DNA of 64,000 nucleotides. Origin: Podarcis tiliguerta. Lineage: Eukaryota. The translations under genes were made by a program, and so were the position numbers. A model generated the notes under the pieces. It made no database searches. It worked only from the letters and a program-made list of their open reading frames with translations, and was not told the origin of the DNA. Shown here piece after piece: positions 11,850 through 23,600 of this stretch. Numbering within the stretch: the stretch's first letter is position 1; each line of letters opens with the position of its first letter. The stretch is taken from NCBI GenBank assembly GCA_965153285.1, contig OZ229112.1; one strand, written 5' to 3'.

Positions 11850-12560
11850 ACTCGGGAGATGTGCTCGTGGGAATGCCTCCGCGGGGATCGGCAGGGGTTC
11901 CGGGCAGGCGAGGCAGCCACTCTCCCACCCGCTTGATCCCCACGAGAGAAAGACACCCCCCACTCCCTTCTCGGGCCACTGGTTTCCACAAACCGGAATA
12001 ACGCGCGCTGTGCGGCCTCCGCTACTCCTCACTTTCGCTCCCTCGGCCGGCGGCCGCCGCTGCCTCTCTCGCTGACAACACTTCCCCCACCCCCAAAACA
12101 CCGCCACCTTCGCCGCCGCCAAACGGGAGAGGTGGCGCCCGGAAGAGCCCGGCCAATCACCGGAGACGCTGGGGCGCGCGCCGTGCCTCGACGTCAGCAG
12201 CTCCCTCCTCTGCCACAGAAACGCTTGGCGCCAAAAGGAAGCGTCAAGGCCCTCCCCTTCGGGATGCAGGCGGGGCGGGAATCCTTCGCCGGAGCTGCTT
12301 CGACGAGCGGCTCCGCTGGGGGGCGCCTGCTTTTGCTCTCGAGAGCAACCCGGCGGCTTCTGTTTTTATATGCAAACGCAAGCCCTGAAGCCGCCGTCGG
12401 TGTTTTGATACTGCAAAGCCACCAGAAAGTTTCGTGGCTGATAACTTTGCCGGGGCAGAAGTTTGGGTTGGCGCAGCCGCAGAGCTCGTTTTAATCAGAG
12501 AGGAGCGTTTGTTTGTTTCGCCAAAAGCCTTATTGCGGTAACGTCAGCTGTTAGACGTGC
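11850..12560 (-). promoter_or_regulatory. CpG-island promoter of CASP8AP2
   Basis: GC/CpG-rich. E2F-like GCCGCCAAA 12115-12123, palindromic TTGGCGCCAA 12225-12234, ETS CCGGAAG 12139-12145, CCAAT 12153-12157, CRE-like CGACGTCA 12189-12196, GC box GGGGCGGG near 12271. Confidence 0.8.
12033..12125 (-). other. CASP8AP2: Probable non-coding exon 1 of CASP8AP2
   Basis: Inside the CpG island just downstream of the promoter motifs; candidate donor AAA|GTGAGG at 12032. TSS and donor are inferred. Confidence 0.5.
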
Positions 12561-14004
12561 ATGAGGACAGAGAAACTCTCCTCTGTCAGCTGTCTATTGA
12601 GGGCATACCCCAAATATGTGACATAGAGTGGGCTCTTAAAGGCTGTAGTCCTGTTCACGAGGACTGGGAGAAAGTCCCGTTAAATGCAATGGAGCTTACT
12701 TTCAAATAAACATGCATAGGGTTATGGAGAAGCTCATTCCCGGTGCTTTTTCTGCGGGTACTCAAGGGTACGCAGTACCAACACCTTTCCTCACAAATGT
12801 TAAAAGTGTGGCATGGTGAGTACCAACACCTCCCCTCCCTTTTTATAAAACCCCCAAAAGTAAGCCTTGTTGAATTCAGTGGAACTTACATGTAAAGGAG
12901 TAAGGCCCACTGAGTACAGTGAAGCTTCTGAGGAAATAATAATAATAAATGATTTATATCCTGCCCTTCCCAGCCGAAGCCAGGCTCACAGCTGCTAACA
13001 ACAATAAAAGTAACACAGCATTCTAAAATCAAATCATTCTAAAATCAATGCAAGGTCGCACTATTAAGTCTTCAAGGTGCTGCTAGATTATTTGCCGTTG
13101 GTGTAAGTAACAGACCTCAAATGAGCAATGGTTCAGCATTTAAAAGAAATGTATCTAGCAATCCATCTTCCATCTCCTAGATAAAGGGCAAGGGGAAAGG
13201 ATGACTAAAGTTGGCTGTTGGATAATTTTTTGTGGTTTTGGAAACACATCAAATGAGATAAGACCTTTGCAACTGGATTTTATGTATGCTTTCTCAGCAG
13301 AAAGCCCTGGAGTTCAATGTGACATACTGTCATGTACTGTATAGCTGCTATAGCACATACAGTTAATTACATCTTGTACTGTACCAACTAGTGGTTAAAA
13401 AGATTGATTGTAAATTTTCAGATCTCCTTTGACCTAAAAAGTTAACTCTGTCATTTGTTGGCTTTGTTCCAGTTATCCCATATAGTTTTTAAGGTTCATT
13501 ACAACAGCAGTACTTTTGATAGCAGCAACTTTGTCTTTTGGCACACAAACTTGTTCTCATTCAACAAAGTGCTTTTGGCCACTTCCATTTAAGGTGCTCT
13601 GTGCAATCTAACCCTTTGTATATTTATTTGGGACCTAGTCTGAATAAACTCCAATCAGCTTTATCCCTGGTGTGTTTAAGATGGCAGCTGTGCGGTCCAG
13701 TCCTGTGCAGGTTTAGGTGTGTCAGAGATTGTTGCCTAGAAATCAATGGACTTGTAAGCTTAATTTTCCATAAGACTAGCTGGGCTGTTGATGTTTTGTC
13801 CCCCAAACACAGGCCCAGCTGTTCAGTACAGTATAGTGCTAGAGGGCCACAACCCTGTGTATTTTCATGCTGTTTTCAAACTATTCCCGCCACCCTTGAA
13901 AACCTATTTCTCTCCTCACTCTAACAGAAACTGATGTAGCTCCATCTAACTGGGAAAAGGTTTTGTTGCTGTTGTTGTTTATCAGCACACTTTTGTTTGT
14001 TTTA

Positions 14005-14260
14005 GTTACAGGTAGGTAGCCGTGTTGGTCTGCCTAGTCGAAACAAAATAAAATAAATAAAATAAAACAATTCCTTCCAGTAGCACCTTAGAGACCAACT
14101 AAGTTAGTTATTGGGATGAGCTTTCGTCTTAGTTGGTCTCTAAGGTGCTTACGGTCACAACCCTGGACCTAATGGTCAGGGGTCCCTTTACCTTTACTTT
14201 TTAAGGTGCTACTGGAAGGATTTTTTTTATTTTATTTTATTTTATTTGTATTTTATTTTA
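14005..14260. mobile_element. Penelope-like retroelement fold-back remnant
   Basis: GTAGCCGTGTTGGTCTG...CCAGTAGCACCTTAGAGACCAACTAAG...ATGAGCTTTCG followed by an inverted copy of the arm; family assignment from recall of reptile PLE ends. Confidence 0.7.
14150..14201 (+). mobile_element. 5'-truncated Sauria SINE/Bov-B-type 3' tail nested in the fold-back
   Basis: CTGGACCTAATGGTCAGGGGTCCCTTTACCTTTAC matches the 3' end of 61928-62276; 9-bp TSD TAAGGTGCT. Confidence 0.85.
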
Positions 14261-14329
14261 TTTTTGTTTTGTTTGTTTGTTTGTTCGGAAGTTAGCCCCA
14301 GTGGGATGTTCCCAGTGCTTTAAAGCCCA

Positions 14330-15270
14330 AACGCCCTGCAGCCACGGCGTTTCTGTTTTTATCTAACACAAACCCGGCTTTTGAGGGACTTGGCGCAAAA
14401 CCCCCGCGCAACTTCAGCCTACAGCGAAGGAGAGGAGGGAAATTCTATTTATCCCAGCGCGCAACGCTCGAAACTATGCAGAGAGTTGCTACGAAGGAAA
14501 GTCGCCGTGCATGCTGGGATGAGTAGTTTTTGTGCGTGTGTGTCTCTGCAAGAGGCGGGTGAAAAAGCAAAGGCCGAGACCATTCCTCCTCCGCCTTGGT
14601 TTGTCGCCGGGAGATGACGCGGCATATACACGGGGAAAACGAAAGTCGCTCTCCTTCCCCACGTGTCGCGCAGCAGCAGCGGGTGGCGGAGGGCGCTAGC
14701 TGGCTGCCTCCGCGCGCGCACGCCCACCGCCCGTTACCTCGGTCCCGGGGCGAAGGGGAGCTGCTCCGGGAAGGCCGAGGCAATGGAGCACCTGCGTCTC
14801 AGCCTGGCGGCTCCGCTGCAGATGGTCGCGCAGAGGAACGAGAGGAGCAGCGGCGAGCTCAGCAGGTTCCTCGCCAAACAGGTGGGAGAGCAACAATAGC
14901 GGCGGCGGTGGCGGCGCCCTCTTCGCCCTCCGCAATCGTGGGGGGAGGGCGGTGATGGACATCGAGCTGGGGGAGGAGGCAGCCTTTGCCTGGGGCTGGC
15001 CGTCCATCTTCGCTGGCTCGACCCCCCCGCCCCGCCGCGCGCCGTTTCTTCAAAGTGCCTTGTGGGCGGAGGGGGTGATCTGGCTGGAGAAGGAGAGGGA
15101 GCAGAGCTGGGTCTTGCCTTCTTTGTTTTCTCATGGTGGCGGGAGGTGGGGAGGAAAGGAGGCGAGAGTGCCGCACAGTCCCCTCCATGAGCCTCCCAGC
15201 GCTTTAAAAGCCCCAAGCAGAGTGGAGATGGTTTAAATTTGTAAGGAGAACCTCTGGATCGCCGAGCAGC
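14330..15270 (+). promoter_or_regulatory. CpG-island promoter and first exon region of MDN1
   Basis: GC/CpG-rich around ATG 14783; E-box CACGTG 14660-14665; E2F-like TTGGCGCAAAA near 14390; GCGCGCGCAC tract near 14712. Confidence 0.8.
14783..14881 (+). CDS. MDN1: MDN1 exon 1 (coding part)
   Basis: MEHLRLSLAAPLQ...SRFLAKQ|GTGGGA. Confidence 0.92.
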
Positions 15271-18200
15271 TTCGTCTGTTTGTATTGCCTGATTTTTTTT
15301 ATTTTTGTTTTTAAGAATATACTTTGGCACAATCCTATCTGTTTACTTAAAGTGTTTTTGTTTTGTTTTTCCAACTGCAAGGAAATGATGCCTTGTTCAA
15401 ATGTATATCCATACTTGGAAGATTTCTCACTTCGTTGCTGTAAAGTTGATACTTCTCTGCTTACAAATTTGCAATACTATACACACACGCCTCCACCATT
15501 GAGTTTGGGTAGTTGAAAAATACTGTTAGTCCCTCCTCTAAATGAATTCTTATACCACTTAAAGGATAGTGTGTGTGTGCGCGCAGGGCCGAAACTAGGC
15601 TTTCTGTCACCAGGGCAAAGACCCAGTTCGGCACCCCCCCCCCCCAAATACATTTGTTCATAAAGGTCACAACAAGTAGTTTGAAAGAGGCTGGAGAAGA
15701 GTTAAATTCTCCAAATAGTAAAATGTTCTGTGTGTGTGTATCTGGCTTTCATTCAACCTCAAAAGAGTAATAGATCATTTGAGGAATTCTAAGAAGTATT
15801 ATGACTATGATCAAAGGGAAGAGATACTGACACACACACTTTGACTATGGCCCTGGTGTGTGTGTGTGTGTGTGTGTGTACTTTTAGTCCCATTCAAGAA
15901 ACTGCTAATCTTGGAGAAATAAATTATTTTGGTCATCTGCACGAACAAAAAGATTTAGGACTGATTCAGTCTGTTGCAAACGTTGTAAGTGGAAAGCACA
16001 TTGGTATGTGGCGAAATATAAAAGTCATGTGTAGGTCCCCATGTGCTCAGATCACATACGTGGTATACAATATTTGCATGTCAAAATGAATGCATGTTAA
16101 GGAGCCTGAGACTGCTGGTGATTTTCACTATTTACTCCATCCTCAACAAAGTGCTTTTTGTGTAATAAAAGAGAGACTAATGTTTGAAGGCCTGTGGATT
16201 ACAAAGCTCTGTAAAGATGAGGGGTAATAATTCAATTTTAGTACAGCATTTTAGTTTCTCTTCATACTGGCATTAACTCTTTAGTAAATTTGCAGTTGCT
16301 TAATTTGGAGCTTAATTTGGCTTGCTTTAAAATTAAACACACTGTTAATATAAGGGGGAGCTAATTTAACTAATATCTTGTTTGCAAGAAGAATAGTCAG
16401 TTCTAGTGTTCTCAATTTTAAACTATATTTATCCACATTCTGCAAATAATTTTTTTTCAATGCTATGCTGTACACTACTGAAATCTTTAAATGTTTCTTT
16501 GATAATCCTTTAATCTTCCTGCCACACCAGCGTGAGTCACCACACCCTTGTGAGAACCACTGTGCTAGAATTTAGGTGGAAATCTAAGTTTAGGTAATTT
16601 TTAATTGACGAAATAGTAATATGCTAACAGCAATAAGAAAACAGAGGTTGTGCTTGCAGCAAAAATTAGTTTAATTATAAATATTCCCAACCACTAAAAT
16701 ACTTTTCTTCCCCCCTAATCATACATTCAGATGGGGCAAACAGATTTCAAGCTTTGTAGCAAATTGGTTACAGCAACAACAAATTATTTTTACAGCTTGC
16801 TTAATCCATCTCTCATTGTTTTACTATAGAGCTTGAGCAAACATTTGGGCAAAGGTTATCTGCTCTCTTTGGACCACAGAGTGCTGTTCTTGTTTACAAG
16901 AGCCCCCTTGTTTTATGTAGCATTTTTCTGAGTAGCTACATTCCCATCACTGTGATCCAAATGTAGTTTGCAGTGTTGTTTCAGGAAAATATATCTCATT
17001 GGGTACAAAACCTTCCATCAGATTTGTACCATAGTGTTTACAGAGAACTGATTCATGTGCCCATTGAAAAGTAGTTCATTAGAAATGATTTTACAAGGTT
17101 GGAATTTGTTTTTTGAGTTTTTTTGTCAAAAGATTCAAAGATTTTCAAGGAATGAAAACAAAAGTTATCTCCATCTTTCCTAATTCTGTTATGTTACTCT
17201 TGGTAGGGCTTGAAATTTCTTCCCTAACTACTGTCCTTGGGACTCTTTAGATTAAGCTAACATCAAATTTTTAGGAACTCATTTTGTACAATACTTTGAC
17301 TGGGGTGGGAAACCCATGACCCTCCAGATGTTGAGTCCCATCAGCTTCCACCAGCATGGCCAGTGCTCAGGGATGTTGGGAACTGGAGTCCACCTGGATC
17401 CCCATCCATGTTCTAAGGGTCTCTGTGTTGAATTTCTAAGAGCCCGGAGAGGCCCACTATATTTATAAGCCAAATTCCTATATTTGTAATCTTGAATTAA
17501 AAATATGATGGGGAGGGGTTGTATTCCTTATGTAGTGCACACTGATAACTTGGTTTATTGGAGTCAGAAGGTTGTTAGAGACATGGGATACTCTAGTTCA
17601 CTGCCCCCTCCCCCATTCCAAGACAAATGGTGTTTGCAATTGTTCATGTGTATGACACAGTCTGATACCACCCTATAGTAAAGTCACATTGTGTTTTCTT
17701 TCTTTTTTAATTCATTTAGAAATGTAGCCTGTCTTATGGTAATTCAGGGTGGGTTAGAAAAACACTTTAAAACTGTTTTATATTTTAGGAACAAGGAAGG
17801 GTGGAATTGGCAGTTTGCTTTCCTTAAAGGAGCTGTAAATTAACTTTGTGCACATTTTTGTTTATTTTTGTGTGATAGCATGCCTGGCAGTGACCATCAA
17901 TTTAAAGGTCTGCAAGAAAAGTAACCTTAAGTTTTTAAGAGCTTATAAGAATCAACTCAACAAATATGGCTTCCAGTCACTCGTTTTAGTAAGGCTTATA
18001 TGGCAGTTCTAAGTCTCTCATAGTAGAATGAATAAAGGGGGAACAGCAGAAATGTTTATGTTACACTAAGTGTAAAATAACTTTCCCTCCCATTCTTGCT
18101 TTCCACATTCTTCTTCAGCTCTTCCTCCTAGCTTTATCCTATTTCTATGGAGGTTTAGAAAAAATCTTTTTCATCTCTTTTTGTTGTACTTCTAAGGCAG

Positions 18201-20620
18201 TTTTCTTCAACCTTGGATTCCCAGATACTGTTTGACTTCAACACCCATCATCCACAGCCAGCTTAGGCAATGGTCAGGAATGATGGGAGTTGTAGTCCAA
18301 CAATATATGGGAATCCTAAGTTGAAGAATGTTGCTCTAAAGTCTCTTCTATACACAACTTGACTTGTACTGCAGTAGAATGGGGGCGGGGATCACACTTT
18401 ACTAAGCGTCTGTTTGTTTTCAGATCTGGAGTCAGCAGGACCGTCAGTGCATCCTCAGTGCCTTAGCACAGTTACTGTTGGATAAAGAATGCACACTCCT
18501 AATTGGCCGTCAGTTTCGTCCAATCTTGCTCGATTTGATGGAAAGAAATGCAGAAATCATTAAATCCAGTGGCCAGATCAACCATGATCTTCATGAGAGA
18601 CTCTGTGTGGCAATGAGCAAACTTATTGGTGATCATCCTGATGTGATGCCGTAAGTCAGTAGATGTCTGGGATTAAGTTTTGCTTTCATGGGGAATTGCT
18701 TGGTGGACAAGCTGAGGGTTGGTGCACATGGTAGCCAGTTCAGGTTGGATTTACATTCATACAGTCATGTAGTGAGCCCAGTTTCCATGATCCATATCCC
18801 TTTTTGAGGTGTGCTGCAGGAATTTGCAGTTGTGCATACCTTTTGTATCACATGTCAAGGGTATCTGCTTGGCTAATTGTTTTAAACCAAGGCCTTGTAT
18901 TCTATTACATGCTCAATTCAGCAATTACTGAATTGCAACTAAAGCTGCTGTTAGGTGCACATTTACTTGGAAGCGAGCCATACTTTTGAATAAAATGGAT
19001 AGGATTGGACAATAAGGGTGATGTAACCCAAGCTTCAGTTTAGAGGAATACAAAGATTGAATGGCAGTTAGACCTGCATCTTCTTTAACATAAAGGGGTG
19101 TGTGTGTGCATTATTTGCTTCAGTGAGAGAGGTTTAAGTGAAAGTTGCTCTTGACAGATCCCCATATTAGATTAGAAGTAACACTTTTATCCAAGGAGTT
19201 TTGAGTAACATGCATACTGTTCCTATCTTGCTACTAGTGAGATCAGAGCTGGGTCTACATCAAGTGTCTTCAGGCTATTGTTTGAGTGTCAAGTCCAGAA
19301 TACTACTTCCAACCAGTTGTCCCTACCCCACCCCACTCACAGAGCTGGCAGGCTGACCTTAATCTCTGATAAACTAAGGAACTGAAAAAAGTGGTGATGG
19401 ATTTCAGTTTTTTTATTAAAACACAATTTGCTGAAAAGAAGACCATAACTTTTCTTAGGACCTTTTTTGTGTGTTTGTTTTTCTGCCAATTTCTTTCCAA
19501 GTTCAGAAAAGCTTAGCATTCTTATTTGTGTCAGGACTTTAATAGGTAAGCATCTGCTTCATCAGATGAGCTGAAACCTCGCTGTTCTAGCTACATTTAC
19601 ATTTGCTTTCAATGTCTTCATTTCATGTAGATTTGCTTTGAGATACTTTAAGGATACTTCACCAGTGTTCCAAAGACTGTTTCTGGAGAGCTCAGATACA
19701 AATATGGTTCGATATGGGCGACGACGAATGAAGTTAAGGGATCTCATGGAGGCAGCCTACAAATTCCTCCAGAAAGAGCAGTCTGTATTCAGAGAGTTAT
19801 GGGACTGGAGTGTATGTGTCCCTTTACTGAGGAGTCATGATACTTTAGTTCGATGGTAAGTTTAATTTTCGTTTAATTTTATATGTCACTTTCAGTGTGT
19901 AGTAGGGACTATTTTATTGCTGTCTTACTAATACCTCATGAGGAAAGTAAGGTCCAGTACAGCAATAAGGGCAGAGAATGACTTGGCCACATTTGAGTCG
20001 GATTTGTAACCCACAGTATGGTTACTGGACTACATTATACCTCTTATTGACAAGAAGAGCAGTTTCTGGCAAGAGGTTGAGGCTAAAATTGCCGGAGTTA
20101 AATATGAAGAAAGATTGATTTGGTCATATTGGGTGTATTTTCTTAGAGCCTACTACTGCTCCTCAATTTTCAGGCCCAGGGGCTGACATTAACCCCACAC
20201 TAAATTGTGAGACCTACATCCAAGTTCTTTGTTTTTTGTCCTGTTCCATCACTCTTCTCTTACAAATGCAATAACTATAAGGCAGAATGAAAATGGTGGT
20301 AGTGCCATTGGTGTGGCCCACTTTAAGTTGGCACATAGACCTGTGCATCAGTGGCCAAATCATTTATTGAAGACCATTGATCAAACAGACCATTTGAAGA
20401 GACAGGATAGCCTTTTGTTGTTTTTCTCTGAAAGGAACCTAGTTCTATAGACTTAAGATGTAACAGTACTTGAGCTGCCTTTGCTTCTTAGGTATACTGC
20501 CAGTTGTCTCGCACTGGTTACGTGCATGAATGATGAGCATCGGTTATCCTTCCTGAAGAAGATATTTAATCCAGAAGAGTTAATACATTTCAGACTTAAG
20601 TAAGTTTCCCCCCAAGATGT

Positions 20621-20661
<41 letters not shown>

Positions 20662-23600
20662 CTCAGTTAATATTTTACATGGTAGATTTGTCTCCCATTT
20701 GTTCAAAACATTGAAAGATGCACATTTTTGACTGATAGGCTACTGGAGGAATCACGGATGCAGAATGTTGAGTGTGCCCTTGTCTTGGCCAACCCAGACG
20801 CAACCTTTTGGAACAAAGAGGAGGAGTTGCGGTACACTCAGGGAGAACTTGTATCTGCTGACCTCTCTGCAAAGGTTGTAGCAGTATGTGGTGTTCTGCT
20901 CCCTAGGCAACAGTTTGGACCAGGAGCAAATGTAAGTAAAGGACTGATACGTAAATTCAATTCTTTGGCGCTGACCCTGATCTACCTTTTGCCTATCCCA
21001 GCTCTAGGAGATTTCTCTCTGAAAAGAGAGAAATCCGGGGCCTTTGTTTCCCTCAAAATTTCTACGTAGTGCTACTTTGATGCATTTAAGCATTGATTAA
21101 AATCCTGTCCTTCAGTTTTAAGGCAAAAACAAACAAACATGTTTTGTGTAAAAGTTTCTGCAAAATAGTATCCTTCCCTTTATAGATGGAATACAGTTTA
21201 CAGTTTAAGAGCAGGGGCCTTTGAAATCTCCAGTCCCATTCCTGATCCATGCCTCTGTGTGTGTGTGTTCCCCCCCCCCTCCCTTTTTGATATCCACAGG
21301 CTTGGATGTTAAGTAACATAGAAATCATGGTCTCATTTATCTGTATGAAGTATGCCAAAGGGGCTAAGACAGTTCTTTCTATACAGCTCCCTTTGTTACC
21401 AAACAGTCTGCTTCAGAAGGATTCTGAGTGTTGGTGAAAATCACCTTGTACCTTTCTGACTGGTGAGAATCTCTGCTAGATCTTAAGGCAGAGATATCAC
21501 TGTGATCTGACAATAGTGTTTAATACGTGGAGCAAAATACCTTACTTTCTGTCACTGCAGCTGGCACTCCATGTATTCTGATGTCTTAACGCAGGGCAAT
21601 TTCATACATAGAAACATATGAAGAACACAACTTCAAACATAAGTGAAATTCTGAGCATAAGTTGAATAAAATTATGCTCTAGAGACTTAATAGGCACAGC
21701 TAAAATCATACAAGAGTGGCTCTCTACAAAGTAGAAAGATTAAAAAGTGTCACTATTAGTCTTAATAATGCTATAGGAAAAATGACCAACTATGAGTTTC
21801 ACAAAATAGCCTGTTGGGTTTTGTTTTTGTTTTTTTACTGAAGATTCCTTAGTGTGTGTGGTGCAATTGCCTGGATTGCACCAGTCTACTGTATATGTAT
21901 TTGAGATGGATAAGAATTTTGAGCATATGCTAAAGTAAGCTGAATCTTTGAAATAACAATAATAAAATGATACTACAATTGACTTGTCATTAAACATGGC
22001 CATTGTTCCTCTCCTGGTTAAAACAGCAGCTTCAGAGTGGGGTGATTGGTCCGTATTTATCTCATCCCCCTGAAGCTGCTATTTGTTCCTGAAGGTACTA
22101 TTGCAGTATATGGCACCTTGGAGCAGGGTAAGTGGAACATTTGAGTTTGGTGGGAGGAAGAAAGTGCAAGGGCTTAAATCCCCCTTTAAAAAATGGGGGT
22201 GGAATGGGGACATGGATGTGTGTGGCTCTGGGATGCGTAAAAAATGGTAGCTTAGCAAATTTGTAACTTGTATTTCACGTTTCTCCATAGTACTTTCACC
22301 CAGTATTATCAGTTGAAAGCAATGCCTTCTCTTGTCTCAGCAGGAGACCATCTTGAACCAATTTGTGTTGGTGAAATCTTCCTGCACAAATCTTCAAAAT
22401 CTCGCTATGGCTGTAGCTTCACAAAATGCAGTGTTACTTGAAGGACCAGTAGGTTGTGGCAAAACGTATCTTGTTGAATACTTGGCAGCCGTTACGGGAA
22501 GGATAAAGCCACCTCACATTCTGAAAGTCCAGCTAGGAGATCAGACTGATAGTAAGGTAATGGAAAATGCATTTTAGTTTTCATTTGCAGTTGTTATTAC
22601 AAAGTTTGCCTTGCAGAAAGTGGCTGCATTCGGATGTAATGATAAGCCAAAAACCATGTCTTACTATGGAATTAGCAGTGTGCACACTTCAGAAATCCCT
22701 CCTGCTGCATTCCTCCCCTAGTAAAACATGAGCAAGACTATAGATTACTGGGATGCCTGAAGCAGCCACTATTGGGGCTTTGCTTTAGGTCATGGGTTGT
22801 TTGGTGAGGGATATCTCACTGGCTCAAACACCACAGTAATCCAAACTCATGTTTTTTGCTCCTGCTCATACTATGAGAGGGCACAGCAAGAATGATTTGG
22901 CAGTGCTTGTTCCCACTGAGCTTATCATAGCTGCTGAAGCTATACCTGGCAATATTTATATTTGGTAGCGTACCCAGTATGGATGAAAGCAAATAGAAAT
23001 AAATACATACCTCAGAAACCTTATTGTTCGGTAAATATTTGAAGACACTTTGTAAAGTTATATGGACATTATTTAAAAATCTTGCTTGTTCTTTGTAGAC
23101 CTTACTGGGCATGTATCGTTGTACAGATGTACCAGGGGAATTTGTGTGGCAACCTGGGACCCTGACCCAAGCAGTCAGCAAAGGGCACTGGATACTCTTG
23201 GAGGATATTGATTATGCTCCTCTGGATGTGGTATGTAGCTGTGATTTCTAGAGGTAGTCCATAAATACCTTGGGTGAGAGACACAGGTGTCTTTCTTGAA
23301 AGTCAAGTATTTTGTAACCAAAGCAAAGGAAACTTAAGGGCACTGGATAAAAGAAAGCAAAAGTTCTCCCCCAAAAGTTATCATGGCTCTCAATTCCCAG
23401 TGTATTTTCTTCTTCATGGGCAGTGATTTTTGGGGACACTTGTTACAAACTACTGAATGGATCCTGTCTGCATCTGCTATTCACTGGTTCTCTTATACAT
23501 CCATCTCCCACAATCCAGAACTGGAATGTATATGTAAAAGGCTGCTTATTGGGAATGAGATTTCTAACATTTCTTGTAACATATTTGGCCACCAGCAGAG

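Noticed and set aside
11429-12494. Overlapping 120-186 aa ORFs around the CASP8AP2 promoter
   Set aside because: GC-rich CpG-island sequence is depleted of stop codons; the peptides are Gly/Arg/Pro-rich with no recognisable domain.
14381-15330. Many overlapping ORFs on both strands at the MDN1 promoter
   Set aside because: Same CpG-island artefact; only 14783-14881 matches midasin.
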